From: Lama guanicoe
Lineage: Eukaryota
DNA length: 64,000 nt
Reading direction: 5' to 3'
Assembly: GCA_013239625.1 (NCBI GenBank)
Contig: MU053884.1
Coordinates: 1 to 64,000 of the forward strand
A program made the translations under genes and the position numbers. Below, piece by piece: positions 1-11,932 of this stretch (the stretch's first letter is position 1; each line of letters begins with the position of its first letter). The notes beneath the pieces are model-generated. The model did no database searches, was not told the origin of the DNA, and was given only the letters and a program-made list of their open reading frames with translations.

Positions 1-512
1 AACAGGTGACTGGATAAAGAAGATGTGGTATATTTATTCAATGGAATACAACTCAACCATAAAAACCGACAAAATAATGCCATTTGCAGCAACATGGATG
101 CTCCTAGAGAATGTCATTCTAAGTGAAGTAATCCAGAAAGAGAAAGAAAAATACCATATGAGATCGCTCATATGTGGAATCTAAAAAACAAAAACAAACA
201 AACAAACAAAAACAAAGCATAAATACAGGACAGAAATAGACTCATGTACAGAGAATACAGACTTGTGGTCACCGGGGGTGGGTAGAGGGTGGGAAGGGAT
301 AGACTGGGATTTAAAAATTGTAGAATAGATAAACAAGATTACACTGTATAGCACGGGGAAATATACACAAAATGTTATGATAAATCACAGAGAAAAAAAT
401 GTGACAATGAGTGTGTATATGTCCATGAATGACTGAAAAATTGTGCTGAACACTAGAATTTGACACAACACTGTAAAATGATTATGAATCAAAGAATCAA
501 AATGTTAAAAAA
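1..512 (+). mobile_element. LINE-1 3' end (ORF2 C-terminus and 3'UTR), young camelid-type
   Basis: ORF2 C-terminal motif (ccatttgcagcaacatggatg...tcattctaagtgaagtaa), G-rich 3'UTR tract (ggggtgggtagagggtgggaaggg) and A-rich end near 505-512. Confidence 0.9.
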
Positions 513-527
513 GGAAGACAAGACACT

Positions 528-655
528 CTAAAAAAAGAATATAAAAAGAAATATATATATATATATATATACATGTATAACTGAATCACTATTCTGTACA
601 CCAGAAATTAACATAACATTGTAAACAGAGTATACTTCAATTAAAAAAAAAAAAG
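528..655 (+). mobile_element. Second L1 3' terminus (different subfamily) with (TA)n and poly(A)
   Basis: ataactgaatcactattctgtacaccagaaattaacataacattgtaaa...tatacttcaattaaaaaaaa is a typical cetartiodactyl L1 3' end. Confidence 0.8.
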
Positions 656-1061
656 AAGGAAGCCTGTTAAGTATATCTTTAAATGGCTGAAAATGGAGTA
701 ACTGGTCGCATGTTCTTTTGGAGACAAGTCTGTGATAGCAGAACCAATGAAAATATCCCTTCTACATCTATAGAATTACTTAGGTTATGAACTAGTTGTA
801 ACCCATGAAGGGGATATGCGTCCTTTCAAGGGAGAACCTACCACTGATTCAGGGGTCAGCAGGTGCTAGCTGTATTCATTCTGAATAGGACCAGTTAAGC
901 TATGGACATGCCCTGAGGGAAATAGTGGAAGTGACAGCAGGTCTCTGCTGATGAAAGCTTCACATGCTTTTCATACTCCTTGAGATCTTAAAATGACAGG
1001 TATTCATACTCCCTGCATTTGCACAAGATTCATGCCCCTGATCCATTGTAGTTTTGACTGT

Positions 1062-1565
1062 GTGGACCCAAGGGCAACGGGGGTGTCTGAAGCATAATTT
1101 GTACGTGGCTGATAGGGTTTCAGTTCCTCACTAGGCAGGGTTTTTTCTGGCCACTGAAGAATGCACATTAACTACCTTCTTTATTCCAGAAGCATGTACT
1201 CAGTGTCCCTGGCTGCTCCTGAAGGCTGCCCCAGAGAGAAAGCTACAAAGAATGTGAATTTCAAGACTAAGTGAACTACATCATTTTATTTTATTTAAGT
1301 GGACCCAAGGGCAACGGGGGTGTCTGAAGCATAATTTGTACGTGGCTGATAGGGTTTCAGTTCCTCACTAGGCAGGGTTTTTTCTGGCCACTGAAGAATG
1401 CACATTAAATATCCCATTTTTAAACTGTTTTCCTTCCTTCTACCTTCTTGGTCATATTCCAGAAGCATGTACTCAGTGTCCCTGGCTGCTCCTGAAGGCT
1501 GCCCCAGAGAGAAAGCTACAAAGAATGTGAATTTCAAGACTAAGTGAACTACATCATTTTATTTA
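1062..1565. repeat. Near-perfect tandem duplication (1062-1297 / 1299-1565)
   Basis: Both copies run gtggacccaagggcaacggggg...gtgaactacatcattttattt. Copy 2 has two extra segments (31 nt at 1409-1439 and ggtca at 1450-1454); the copies are otherwise identical apart from the ttta end run. Confidence 0.95.
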
Positions 1566-1624
1566 CAGTAAAAGCGGGAGGCTGGCTTGCACCTGCAGGG
1601 GAGAGCAGAGGGAGTGTTTACAAG

Positions 1625-1855
1625 CCCCTCCTGGAGCCACACTCCTGCATCTGGATCCCAGCTCCAATGCCAGCTGTCCAGCCTTGTGCAAATTTCTTAA
1701 CCTCTAGGGACTTCAATCTCCTCACCCATATAATGGGGGGATAATAGTAGCAATTTATAGGACTATTGTGATGGGTCAATTATTTACTAATTGTGAAAAC
1801 AATTGGAACATTAACCACAGACATGTGGAAAACTCTACCTAAGTGTTAGCTATGA
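1625..1855 (+). mobile_element. MIR SINE
   Basis: MIR-like core gccttgtgcaaatttcttaacctct...ataatggggggataatagtag...aagtgttagctat. Confidence 0.7.
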
Positions 1856-2189
1856 ATATGGTGACCAAAGTCTTAAAAAGGTGTTTTTCTTAGTTTTTAA
1901 GCCATCAGTTTGTAGAGAAACCATTTTATTTCCTCCTCTACTCTCTTTCATCATCCTTTTCTTCACAGTTAAGGCTTCATGCTTGTGAAAGTAATAACTT
2001 TTTGGTGTGTGTGTGATTAAATGTGAAAATTAGTTAAGGCTGAGAAAAATGTATTATAGAAGGCATATTAAGCCTTCCTGTCTTGTACAGCACATATAAG
2101 CCATTTAAATAGTATGCATTTTTGAAAAGTCTTCATAATGATTATTTAATTATGTATTAAGTAATCATACTAGTCAAGATTCTTTAAAT

Positions 2190-2350
2190 GCTTACTTTTG
2201 CTCCAGCACACATCTATTTTTCTAAATCCTCACAATTACCCTGTGGGGAAGGTAATAATATATCTCTTTTACAGATGAGGAAATAGAGCCACGTGGAGAT
2301 GATGCAACTTGCCCCAAATGGAGCAACTATTAAGTGAAAGAATCGAAATA
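2190..2350 (-). mobile_element. MIR SINE fragment
   Basis: aatcctcacaattaccctgtggggaagg...ttttacagatgaggaaatagag...aacttgccc. Confidence 0.65.
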
Positions 2351-2859
2351 CTCAAAGAGCCCAAAGACACAGTAACTGTAGAGCACTCTCTCCTACATAT
2401 TCTGTGAAATCAATTCTAATTCATTTCAGAACTTTTACAAACTTGACACATTTCCATTTTTCTTCCAAGCACTCAATGTGTTCAATATTTCTGAAGAAAA
2501 AGGAAAGCTTTCCATTCTCCTTCCTCAAGTTTCTTCTTACTTATCTTTTCTGATCATAACTTTAATATTTGCTATTAAAGAAAAGTTGAAAGTACTCAGT
2601 AGTGAACAGAAATACTGTCCTGGATCTGTCCCCAGTCTTAGAAGAGGACCCAGATTTTGCTTTAGGATAAATAACCTCCATTCTGTTTTTAGCCCTGTGA
2701 TTTAAGCTCGATTGACCCACTCATTCTGAAGCACCATAGGTAGACCTCAGTTGGCTCAAAACAAATAATACCCCTCATTCTATTGGCCTTGCACATGATT
2801 TGAGAATTGGCAAATAACCCAGTAAGAGCCACTATTATGTAAGGAGATACATGCTGGTT

Positions 2860-3178
2860 CCCATGTGAATGATAAGCTTCCCCTATCAAGAGAGGAAGCT
2901 GCCAAAAGAGACCTCTCTTGGTTTGGATGGATGATCTGGGATGCTGAGTGCCTAGAAGCAGCATGCTGAGACATCCTTGGACACAGAATGAAGACAGGAC
3001 AAAACCAGCCCTTGACATCATCTGGGCTACAGTATCTCTCCTTGACTGAAGCCAGACCTCAGACCTGAGGTTTTCATTTACAGGAACCAATAAATCACAT
3101 GCATCCCCATTTTTTGGTTGTTGTTTAAACACATTGGAGATTGATTTTTGTCACCTACAATCAAAAGACTCCAACTCT
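2860..3178 (+). mobile_element. MaLR (MLT1-type) LTR 3' portion
   Basis: gaaccaataaatc...gtttaaac...gatttttgtcacctacaatcaaaagactccaact resembles the MLT1 LTR end. Confidence 0.6.
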
Positions 3179-3339
3179 GGAAATGAATAAAAAATAAAAT
3201 AATAAAAATGTTTCTATCTGTAGACATAATTCCTTTGGAAATGTGCACTGTTTGTATATTACAAATCACTTTATATATTAATTTTATTCTCAAGCTTATC
3301 ATAAGCATAACAATTTGATTTGTCATAAAATATTTTCAT

Positions 3340-4500
3340 GGACACACTTTTTCATGGCTGCATAATATTCTACTATGTGAAGGGTTGGAAGAATATTTTG
3401 GCTGAGATTTTATATATGTATACATAGAAAACTATGCCTGTGATTTGCATCCATTCTGACTTTCCCCTGCCATTTTAAAATACTTCCTGATTAAATGTTT
3501 TTCAAAGCTGAATTAGTGGATTAAACCATATGAATATTTTTGACTCTTGATATAAACTGCCAGATTGCTTTCTAAGAAGGCTGGAGGAGTACACCAGTAA
3601 TTATCACGGCATTGTAAATCAACCATACTTCACAAAAAATATCCAGTAACCTAGGCTTGGGATTGGTGATCACTGGCACTTCATCCTCATAAACAGATCT
3701 ATGTCAGTGGAGAGGTGGAAAACTATTTCATTCTGATGTGCACTGACTGAATTACCATTGGACTGTGACATCAATTTTTTCCTTTGTGAAGGTGTGTTCA
3801 TCTTATCTGCCTTCTACGCTCCTGAGACTTTTTGATATTACCTTTGAAGTGATCTGAACTCTCTATGTATTGAAGGAATTAGCCCCTTGTTGAATTTGTA
3901 AACAAATAACATCCTCTGGTGTTTTGTTTAAAATTAGCATGCTTCTGATGCATGGAAATCTTTATATATTTTCCTCTGAAACTTACTGCTCATCTAGAGG
4001 TTGTATATTCATCCATATTTATTTCTAGTTTTTTTTCTAATTGTGTTACTTTTTAAATGTTTCTGGAATTTATCACAATATATGTTTCACTGTATGATTT
4101 CAATCTTTTCTTTTCCCCCAAGTAGCTAACAAGTGTTTCATTTACTGAATAACTTTATTTATCTCCCTGATTTGTAAAGCCTTCCATCTCTTATATTAAT
4201 TTATTATCAATATCAGAGCCCATATGTGGACTTCCTGTCCTATTTTCTAATCTGGCTATTCTTGAACTAGTAAAACTCTCATTATCTTATTAATTATTAT
4301 ATTACTAATATGATTTTATTCACAATAAACACCAAATCAATTTTATAACCTGATATTTTGGAGATATGATCTTTTAATCTAGAATCATGTGATTAATGTA
4401 TCTTTTATATCTTTCAGTAGTTTTTACTTTTATTTTTTGATAGTTCCTACTATCCTTTTGTTAGGCTATCTTAGACATTTTACCTTGGTTGTTACTCTTG
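3340..4500 (-). mobile_element. Ancient L1M fragments
   Basis: T-rich degenerate antisense L1 ORF2-like sequence (tgccagattgctttctaagaagg; tttactgaataact). Confidence 0.55.
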
Positions 4501-4774
4501 GAAAATTTTAGAATTTTTATTGTCTCCATCTGGTCTCTTAATCAGACACTGGAGAATCCTAAACCACTGATCTGATTTGAACAAATGAGGTGAAAAGAAT
4601 TGGGGGAAGCACTGTGATCAGAAGAGACTCTGGAACCTCCAGAGTGGTGCCCTGTGTTGGCTCAGATGTTCTCTGGAAAAAGTTTTCTCTATGAGACTAC
4701 ATAGTCCTCAGCTTGACTTTCAGTTTTCTCAGCATTTCACATTAGATTTTAAAAAGTGTGTGGCAGGTCCCTAC

Positions 4775-4850
4775 CCAGAAAAAGAGCACTTCCACAAAGG
4801 GTTATATGTATACACTTTCCCCAGTTGGTAAAGGGAACATGCTCTTCTTT
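4775..4850 (-). pseudogene. ANO6: ANO6 exon 12 homologue (76 nt vs 78; 2-nt deletion)
   Basis: ttttaattag|AAAGAAGAGCATGTTCCCTTTACCAACTGGGGAAAGTGTATA...TTTTTCTGG|gtaggg = KEEHVPFTNWGKCIHITLCGSA-FFW. Confidence 0.9.
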
Positions 4851-5399
4851 CTAATTAAAAAAACAAAGATTAATGAAATGATTTTTCTCCTAACTGGTCA
4901 CTAAATCCTAGACATAATTAAAAAAAATAATTTTCAGACATAGCCTCCTTATTTGTAACTGCATGGTTTTTTTCTTCTTTTTTTTCTTTTCTTTTCTGTT
5001 AACGATGTCAAACACACAACAAAATATGTACAGTGTTCATTTTAATACTATTTTTTGAAAATGCACATGTGAACAGCAAACTGTTTCCCTGCCATGGTCT
5101 GAGATTAGGGGCCTGGGTACCTGACAAGGCCAAGCTGTAAAGCTCTATTCCTGAGCTTGCCTTAGATTTCAGAAGTGACGGTAGTGGCAGCTTAGAGTCC
5201 ATGTAGGACAGGAAGTTTCACAGGTGTCTGCAGCTAACTGGTCTCCACTGTGTGTTTCTTGATTGAGATTTATGTGTTAATTAGCTACAACTATGAAGTT
5301 TTAGAGTTTCCATTTTAGAGTTTGTATTTAATTTCATTTTTAGAGATGAAATAACTAAGACTCAAGTTTTACCTGGATAATAAAAGCAGATATAGTATA

Positions 5400-5640
5400 A
5401 TAATAGGTGTCACTAAGTACATGGCCCTTCCTCTGTGCCAGGAAGTCTTCCAAGTAGATTCTGTACATTAATAAGACCCGTCCTTACCACAGTCATGAGG
5501 AAGCAACTCTCTTGTTCTTATTTTATAGGGAACTATGGCACAGAGAAGTTAAGTTGTCCAAGATCACTCAGGAAGTAAGCTGCTGTGTTCAAATATGAAT
5601 TTAGGCAACTTCATTCCCAAGGTCTCACTACCACAATGCT
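5400..5640 (-). mobile_element. MIR SINE
   Basis: ctatggcacagagaagttaagttgtccaagatcactcaggaagtaag is the antisense MIR core. Confidence 0.65.
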
Positions 5641-6874
5641 GGCCTCTCTAAACAATGGAGCATGCATTCACAATAAAAGTAAAATGCTTCAATTAAGAAA
5701 CTAAAAAAAAAATTAATTTTTTAAATAAGTAATAATGGTAAAGTGAAATGAGTCTTCTTCAATTTTTCAACAAGCATGTTCCAATGAAAATTTAAACTTA
5801 TTAGTTGGCAATTTTAAATTTAAAATTGGCAGTTTAAATGACAAAAAAACTTTTCTTCAGTATTTTTTGTATGTTGCCAATATGATATGTTTTTGTTTTT
5901 CAGGACTCAAAAACATTATGAACATCTAATTTTGTCTAAGTTTCAGCTTTCATCTCTGAATGTACAGTCTTTCACCAACATATGCTTTGGCCCCCATCTT
6001 CAGTTGTAAACAATGGGAACTATTCATAATGGGGATTATTAGAAGCTTATTACATTGTAAAAGACAAATGTCAGTTTCTATTGGTAGCTGAACCTCATTT
6101 TTTTCCATTTATAAAGAGGACTTTGACCTGATCCCTCCAGACGTTTCAGTGCCAACATTCTGTAGATCTATGATTCAATTTATTAAATCTATAGTTGGAG
6201 ACATTTTCAGATGCTCCTAGTAAAAGCATTTTTTTCCAAGAGTTATTCAGGCTCACAACCTACTGTCCTGCTGCTGCTGACTGCAAGTACCATCAGCTCT
6301 AAATTATCTCAGCTGATGGAAAGAAGCAATAATACAGATGACACAAAAATCATCTTTTCATAGCTCTGGAATGTTGATACAAAGTTTTATATTTTTAATT
6401 TTGCAGCAAGAGTGGCAGCAATAAATTTACATTTCCAATTATATAAGATGCCTAGCTCAAACACTGTTCAAATACTGATGGCACCTCAACAAAGAATTCC
6501 CTGCTTCTTCTACCCTTTCTCTGACTTTAGGATGAGAGCCATGCTGCTTTGTGCACATCCCAAACGGAAGGGGGAGCAGTGACCAGGACTTAGTTCAAGG
6601 GGCACCTAGTCTACAATGAAAAGGAGGCCACAATAATGAAGGCACATGTGAAAAAATGGGAGTCAACTATAAAAACCAATGTGTCTTTCCTTCTACATCC
6701 ATGTCATAGTGGCTAATTTATATTTTGCATTTTTTATTGGTGTTATGAAAGAATACAAATCAATGCCTCTTTTCTTATACACTTATACCAAAATTTTTCT
6801 TTCCCCGTTTTTACTGTTATTATGAAAGAAGGACCACACTTGTCTTCTGAGTCCACCATTCCAGGCAGTGCTCC

Positions 6875-7045
6875 TTCACCTTGGCTGCACATTAGAATAA
6901 CCAGGGGAGCTTCAAAAACTTCCCTATGCCAGAATGCATCCCAGGCCACTAAGTACCATCAGAGTTTGCAGTGATGGAATCCAGGCACCAACATTTTTTA
7001 AGGTCCCCTGGTGATTCCAACATACAGCCAAGGCTGACAAGTCCA
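6875..7045. mobile_element. MER5A-like hAT-Charlie DNA transposon
   Basis: ttggctgcacattagaataaccaggggagcttcaaaaa...ccctggtgattccaacatacagccaaggctga. Confidence 0.7.
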
Positions 7046-7088
7046 GAAGTAAACAGACTAAAGTGCATCAAAACAGCACCCGCTTGTC

Positions 7089-7225
7089 CTGGGTAATCTC
7101 ATCTATCTCCACGTGGGGACACCACACCTCCTATTCTGGCCGGACTTGTTCTTCCTGTTCAACCGTGTCCAATTTGTACTCAAGTTCTGCCTGGCACCGC
7201 TTCCAGAACTCCAGAAGTATGGTGA
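7089..7225 (-). pseudogene. ANO6: ANO6 exon 11 homologue (137 nt vs 143; TAG at 7133-7131; donor GT>GA)
   Basis: ctctgttag|TCACCATACTTCTGGAGTTCTGGAAGCGG... = TILLEFWKRCQAELEYKLDTVE--QEEQVRPE*EVWCPHVEIDEITQ|gacaag. Confidence 0.92.
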
Positions 7226-7554
7226 CTAACAGAGAGAGAGAACAGCAGAATGTGGATCTTCAGTGATGACTGATGCTTCAGAAATCTGCATTTAATATTT
7301 ATTACCGTTAACACTTTGGTAAATGGTTAATAAAATCACATTTTATTTATAGATGATACTAAAGAGAAACATGAGTTAATGCCTTTTTTTAAGAAAAAAG
7401 AAAATGTAGATAATTTATTGAACTTGTGAAAACAGACTATCTAGCTCTCTAGCTCAGGGAAAGGTATTAACGTGATGGTCAGAGGCAGGTGACTGTGTCT
7501 GATGCTAAAGAACCTGCTACCAGCACATTATGCCTACTAAAAACACAAATATTA

Positions 7555-7660
7555 GGGGGAAGGGTGAGTAGAGCTCAGTGGTAGAGCACGTGCTTAGCAT
7601 GTACAAGGTCCTGGGTTCAAGACACATTACCTACATTAAAAAAGAAAGTTTAAAAAAAAA
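7555..7660 (+). mobile_element. tRNA-Ala-derived camelid SINE (Vic-1-like)
   Basis: agctcagtggtagagcacgtgcttagcatgtacaaggtcctgggttcaa followed by an A-rich tail. Confidence 0.85.
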
Positions 7661-8074
7661 CACAACTGTCATGATTTAAAAGCAGTGCATGGTCCACCCT
7701 CCACGTCTTCTCCTCACATTCCTCTGTCTCTTCTGTCCGAAGGGCCTGAGGGTGTGGAGGAGGATGAGAATGCTTTAGTAGCTCCTGCATTTCTGTTTTT
7801 CACCACCCCCGTCACACAAAATTAAAATAATATTCTTAAATATGGAAAGCTGCCATTTTCTTCAATCTTCGGTAAAGTAATTTTTAGAAATCATCATTCT
7901 GTTTTAAGACTCATAACTTCAAATAGTAGACAAAAACAACATGAAATGTTAATTGAAAATGTGGCTTCAGGGTAAATCCCCTAAGCCCTCTTCCAACCAG
8001 ACTGTTACCCCTAGGCCCCAACTCTAGAGAAATTCCAGAATAACCACTGTTCCCTCCACCATTATACCTGAGTC

Positions 8075-8860
8075 TCTACCAAGCTCTGAGAATAAAGAGA
8101 AAAAAGACACAGTCCCTGCTTCGGGGAGCTCCTAGGTGCACAGTAGTCATCGTGAAATGATGGCTGAGGAGGCGTGTTAAGAGAGCTTGGATAACAGTCA
8201 GCAGAGGGTGCTCGGGGCAGAGAGCCAGAACTTTAGCCAAGGCTCTCCCAGAGGAGGGAACCACTGTGCTGAGTTCTGAGATGCCCTAGAAGTAATCAGG
8301 TGAAGGTATAATTTTAAGGCCATTTCTCCCTGGGGAGCTGCACATGCAAAGGAGGGAGGCCAAAAAGATCCAGGTCCCTTCCAGGAACTGCAAATAGTCT
8401 AGAAGTGAGCACAGGGTGTGGGAGGCAGGTGAGGCAACCAGGTGGAGAGATCACAGGTACACATCACACAGGAAACTGTGTGCCTCCAAGGTAGAGGAGA
8501 CATGCAAAGTGATCTAGAAAGAGACAAGATAGAGGCAGGGAGACCTATTGGAAGGGTCATGTGAAGGCCTACTAAGGCCCCACCAGGAGGAGAGAGAAGA
8601 AAACATTTCAGCAGGTGGACGGATTGGCCACAGATGTGATGGAAGGGCAGGAAGAAGTCAAAGATGCCGGCCAGCTTTCTGGCTTTGGCAGCGTCCTAAA
8701 TTAAAGTGCCATTCCCTGAAATAAAAAGGGCAGGAAGAGGGGCAAGTCATGAGAGGAGACAACTGATTCAGTTCTGGCTGTGTGCCTGTGGGCTCCAGGA
8801 GAGATGTCCAGTAGGCAAATAAAAGTCTAGAAATAGGGAGAAAGTTCTAGGCTGAGCCAA
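8075..8860 (-). mobile_element. L2 LINE fragment
   Basis: aagacacagtccctgcttcggggagctcctagg...gagatgtccagtaggca are antisense L2 3' motifs. Confidence 0.6.
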
Positions 8861-9024
8861 GTAGCTTCCCTGTTTCAAGAGGCTAATGGGTGTGAGTGGG
8901 CAAGCTCAAGAGAAGAGGTATGGAGGGGTAGCTCTCATCCTCCTGCACATGGGAAGCATCTGGGAGCCTTTAAAAAATAGTGTGCCCCAGCCTGGAGTGG
9001 GGACTTTGTATTGTTTATTGTTTT

Positions 9025-9152
9025 TTAAATACTTCTTTCCTTTTTGGGGGTGTAGTTAGGTTTATTTATTTTAATGGAGGTACTGGGAATTGAACCCAGG
9101 ACCTCTTGCATGCTAAGCACGTGTTCTACCACTGAGCCAGACCCTCCCCACC
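9025..9152 (-). mobile_element. Vic-1-like SINE (inserted in a MER5A-like element)
   Basis: ggaggtactgggaattgaacccaggacctcttgcatgctaagcacgtgttctaccactgagc is the reverse complement of the tRNA-Ala head. Confidence 0.88.
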
Positions 9153-11124
9153 TTTTTTTGTTTTTAGACATTAGCTCTACTGAGAAATCAGGGTTGAGAA
9201 TCAACCTGTAGAGAGCAGAGAGCCTTGGGTTAGAGATCCAGGAGAAGCTGCGCAGAGCCCTGCAGACCCCACCAGGGGCAGCCGGAGATGCAGGGGGCCT
9301 CAGACGGGCTGTGAGGAACGTGAACTCAACACTCCCCAATGGCGAAGATGACAAACTTGTTTCAAGCACCCACTTCCCAGCAGTGTTTTTTCTGACTTTA
9401 CTAGTTTTCCAGTAATACTGAATGAGAATAGAAATAATCTGGACACAGGGATCAATTTCAAATGTTGGTTCTGACCATTCTTAGCTGCATGATTACTGAT
9501 TAAAAGGTTACCCGTGTGCCATGTGTAAAATGGTGGACCTAGAACCGTGCTCGTGGGCTGCTGTGAGCGTAATGAAATGACATCTGTAAAGGCCCTCCTG
9601 ACTCTCAGACATAATTGCTACTACTGTCCTCATTTAGGACACCAAGAAACAGAGGCACAGGAAGCTTCAAACATTTGCCCAAGATGAGGGTTGGGGTCAG
9701 GAATCAAGCCAATGACTTCTTGGATCTAGAGCCCAGCATCTTCTTATGAGCAACATGGCACTGCTCAGGCTCCCAGCTCCAAAAGCCACCTCCCTTTGGC
9801 TCAGTTCCATGGCACCTGTGATGCACAGATGTCATCACTGCCCGCCTGCCCACCCGGTGTCTGACTCCGCCACTCCTCCCTCCATCCCACACACTGCTTC
9901 CTTGGGCACACGAAACCTCACAAGGCCATTGCTGTGGCTACTCGGATGTTGACACAGAAACGCAGGTGGCAGCCCAGCTTTCTTCTATAGCTGCTGCTGT
10001 CAGTGGAGGCAAAGAGCTCACAGTTGGTGAGAGAGGCCATTTCTGGTCTCCCCCTTGGCTGGAGAGCTGGATGGAATCCAGTTTCCTTCTGCAACTTAGA
10101 CATCCAGCATGAGAGATATGTAAGGCCATCTGGCCTCTCAACATAGAAATGATGCCCCTGCAGTCGTACTTAACATTGTAACCTCCTGGCTCCACCAGCA
10201 AGCAGAGGCCATGGCTTATTGTCCACCAAGTTTTGTTTCCTTGCACAACAGCTACAATTGGGTGAGTTAACACCGGACCAGAAAATCTACAAAGCCCTCG
10301 TGTACTATTTCCTGACACTTGCAGGTCACCCAAATACCCCAGATCCTCCAAGAAAACAACTAGTAAGAGGAACTGAGATGGCTCATCTGTCAGATCCCTG
10401 ATGGCAGGGCTGATGTGGCCTCTTCTGCTCTCAGGATGATCCATTCTCCTTCTATGTGCCCTTCCCCGAGTGCAAGAGACTGTTCTTTGTTTATGGGCTG
10501 GGGAGTATTTGTGGCTCTCTGACCAGAACCTTTAAAAGTAGAGCTCTTGGTGAGAATGGAAGCATGGCACCCACATCTCATGAGCTCAGCTACCCAACAG
10601 CCTCATCTAGTCAAGACTATGGCCAAAACCAGGGGTCCATTCTGTTGAGTGTTGGGTCTGGAAAGCAATGCCTCCACCACTGAAAAGCTGTCCCACCACT
10701 TGTGCCATTGTCCCCATCCAGGGGGAGGGGACGCATCCATGGGATGAAAGCATTGAAGGCACTAGGTGACTGTGGACCAAGCTGTGACTGGCTGGTCCTG
10801 CTCCCCATGTAACCCATGTTAGCCTCATATGCAGAAAATCCCCAAAGAGACCCCTGCTTGAGTGAATTGGTCACCTATAAGCCAACTGTTCTCGGGCCAC
10901 CTAAGGAGCAACACAGTATACACAGTGAGCCACCCACTCACTGAATTCCCCAAGGCTCACAGCTCCCTAAAGTGACACCAGGTACCCCCAGCAAACAGAA
11001 GACCCTTACTTTATAAGTGAATTTAGAATTCTACTGCCAACACTGCCTTCCACCTTCCACTTATGAAGTTCCTTCCACTCTGTCCCCTGCTCTGAAATTG
11101 TGCAATCAGTCCAGAGCTCCTTCA

Positions 11125-11732
11125 TGAGACAGGAGGGAAGGGGGCCGGGCACAGCCATTAAAAGAATGGCACAGCCATTAGCACCAAGACGATGGAAAAG
11201 TCAACTCCCTTTAGGTCTTGAGCTTCAATACACACTCACCGAAATATAGCAGGATGCTAAATGGCACTCCGACAGGTGCCAGGACAGGTTCAAGGCTGAC
11301 CATAAAAGGTCAAAGGGTGAGTGGTGGCCCAATTTCTGGGAATGCCAACACCTTCCCCAAAGCGGTTGGAATATTCCTCCCACTTATAAGCATATGAAGA
11401 TACTTAGTTCATAAAACTAACCCCACACCTCTTGGCCACTCACTCTGCTGAGGGAGACAGCCCACACTCTGTCTGTGGAGTGTGTATCTACATTTACTTT
11501 AAACTGGAGCACCCAAACCCCACATTTCATGGCCTTTCTCTTGCCTTCTGAAACAGCCCACTCTGTCTATGGAGTATATATCTCTCTGAATAAATCTACC
11601 TTTACTGAACTGTGGCTCTCTCTTGGATTAGTTCCTTTGCAAACCAAGGACCCACACTTGGTGAGGTGCATCCCAGGGACCCAAATAAGAACTGGGATAC
11701 GGCCATCCTCTCCCCCATATTTTCCTGTATCA
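11125..11732 (+). mobile_element. Solo ERV LTR (probably ERV1 class), 608 bp
   Basis: TG...CA ends with terminal inverted repeat TGAGACAGGA / TCCTGTATCA, internal AATAAA near 11589, 4-bp flanks ttca/taca. Confidence 0.85.
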
Positions 11733-11759
11733 TACATTCCTTCCCAAAGGATCTCACCT

Positions 11760-11932
11760 TGTGCACTCCAAAATTGACAGCACTCATGTGTCCTGACCTG
11801 GATCTGCTTCTGCATGTATCATTTCTCATGTCCACTAGAACATTGCCTTCATGAGGACAGGGATTTGGTTCTGTTCACAATGGAAGCACCAGCACATTAC
11901 AGGTGCTGGAGAAGTATTAGCTGAATGAATGA
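11760..11932 (+). mobile_element. L2 3' end
   Basis: ccactagaacattgccttcatgaggacagggatttggttctgttcac...gctgaatgaatga. Confidence 0.7.

Noticed and set aside
7555..7640. tRNA-Ala(AGC)-like sequences (also about 9070-9150, 26810-26880, 29315-29390, 37985-38060)
   Set aside because: Degenerate stems, A-rich tails, a TSD on one copy and high copy number indicate Vic-1-type SINEs, not tRNA genes.
9730..11000. Moderately GC-rich, coding-looking stretch with several short overlapping ORFs
   Set aside because: No recognisable protein motif, splice structure, poly(A) or TSD. It may be an old ERV internal or retrocopy remnant, but I cannot support a call.
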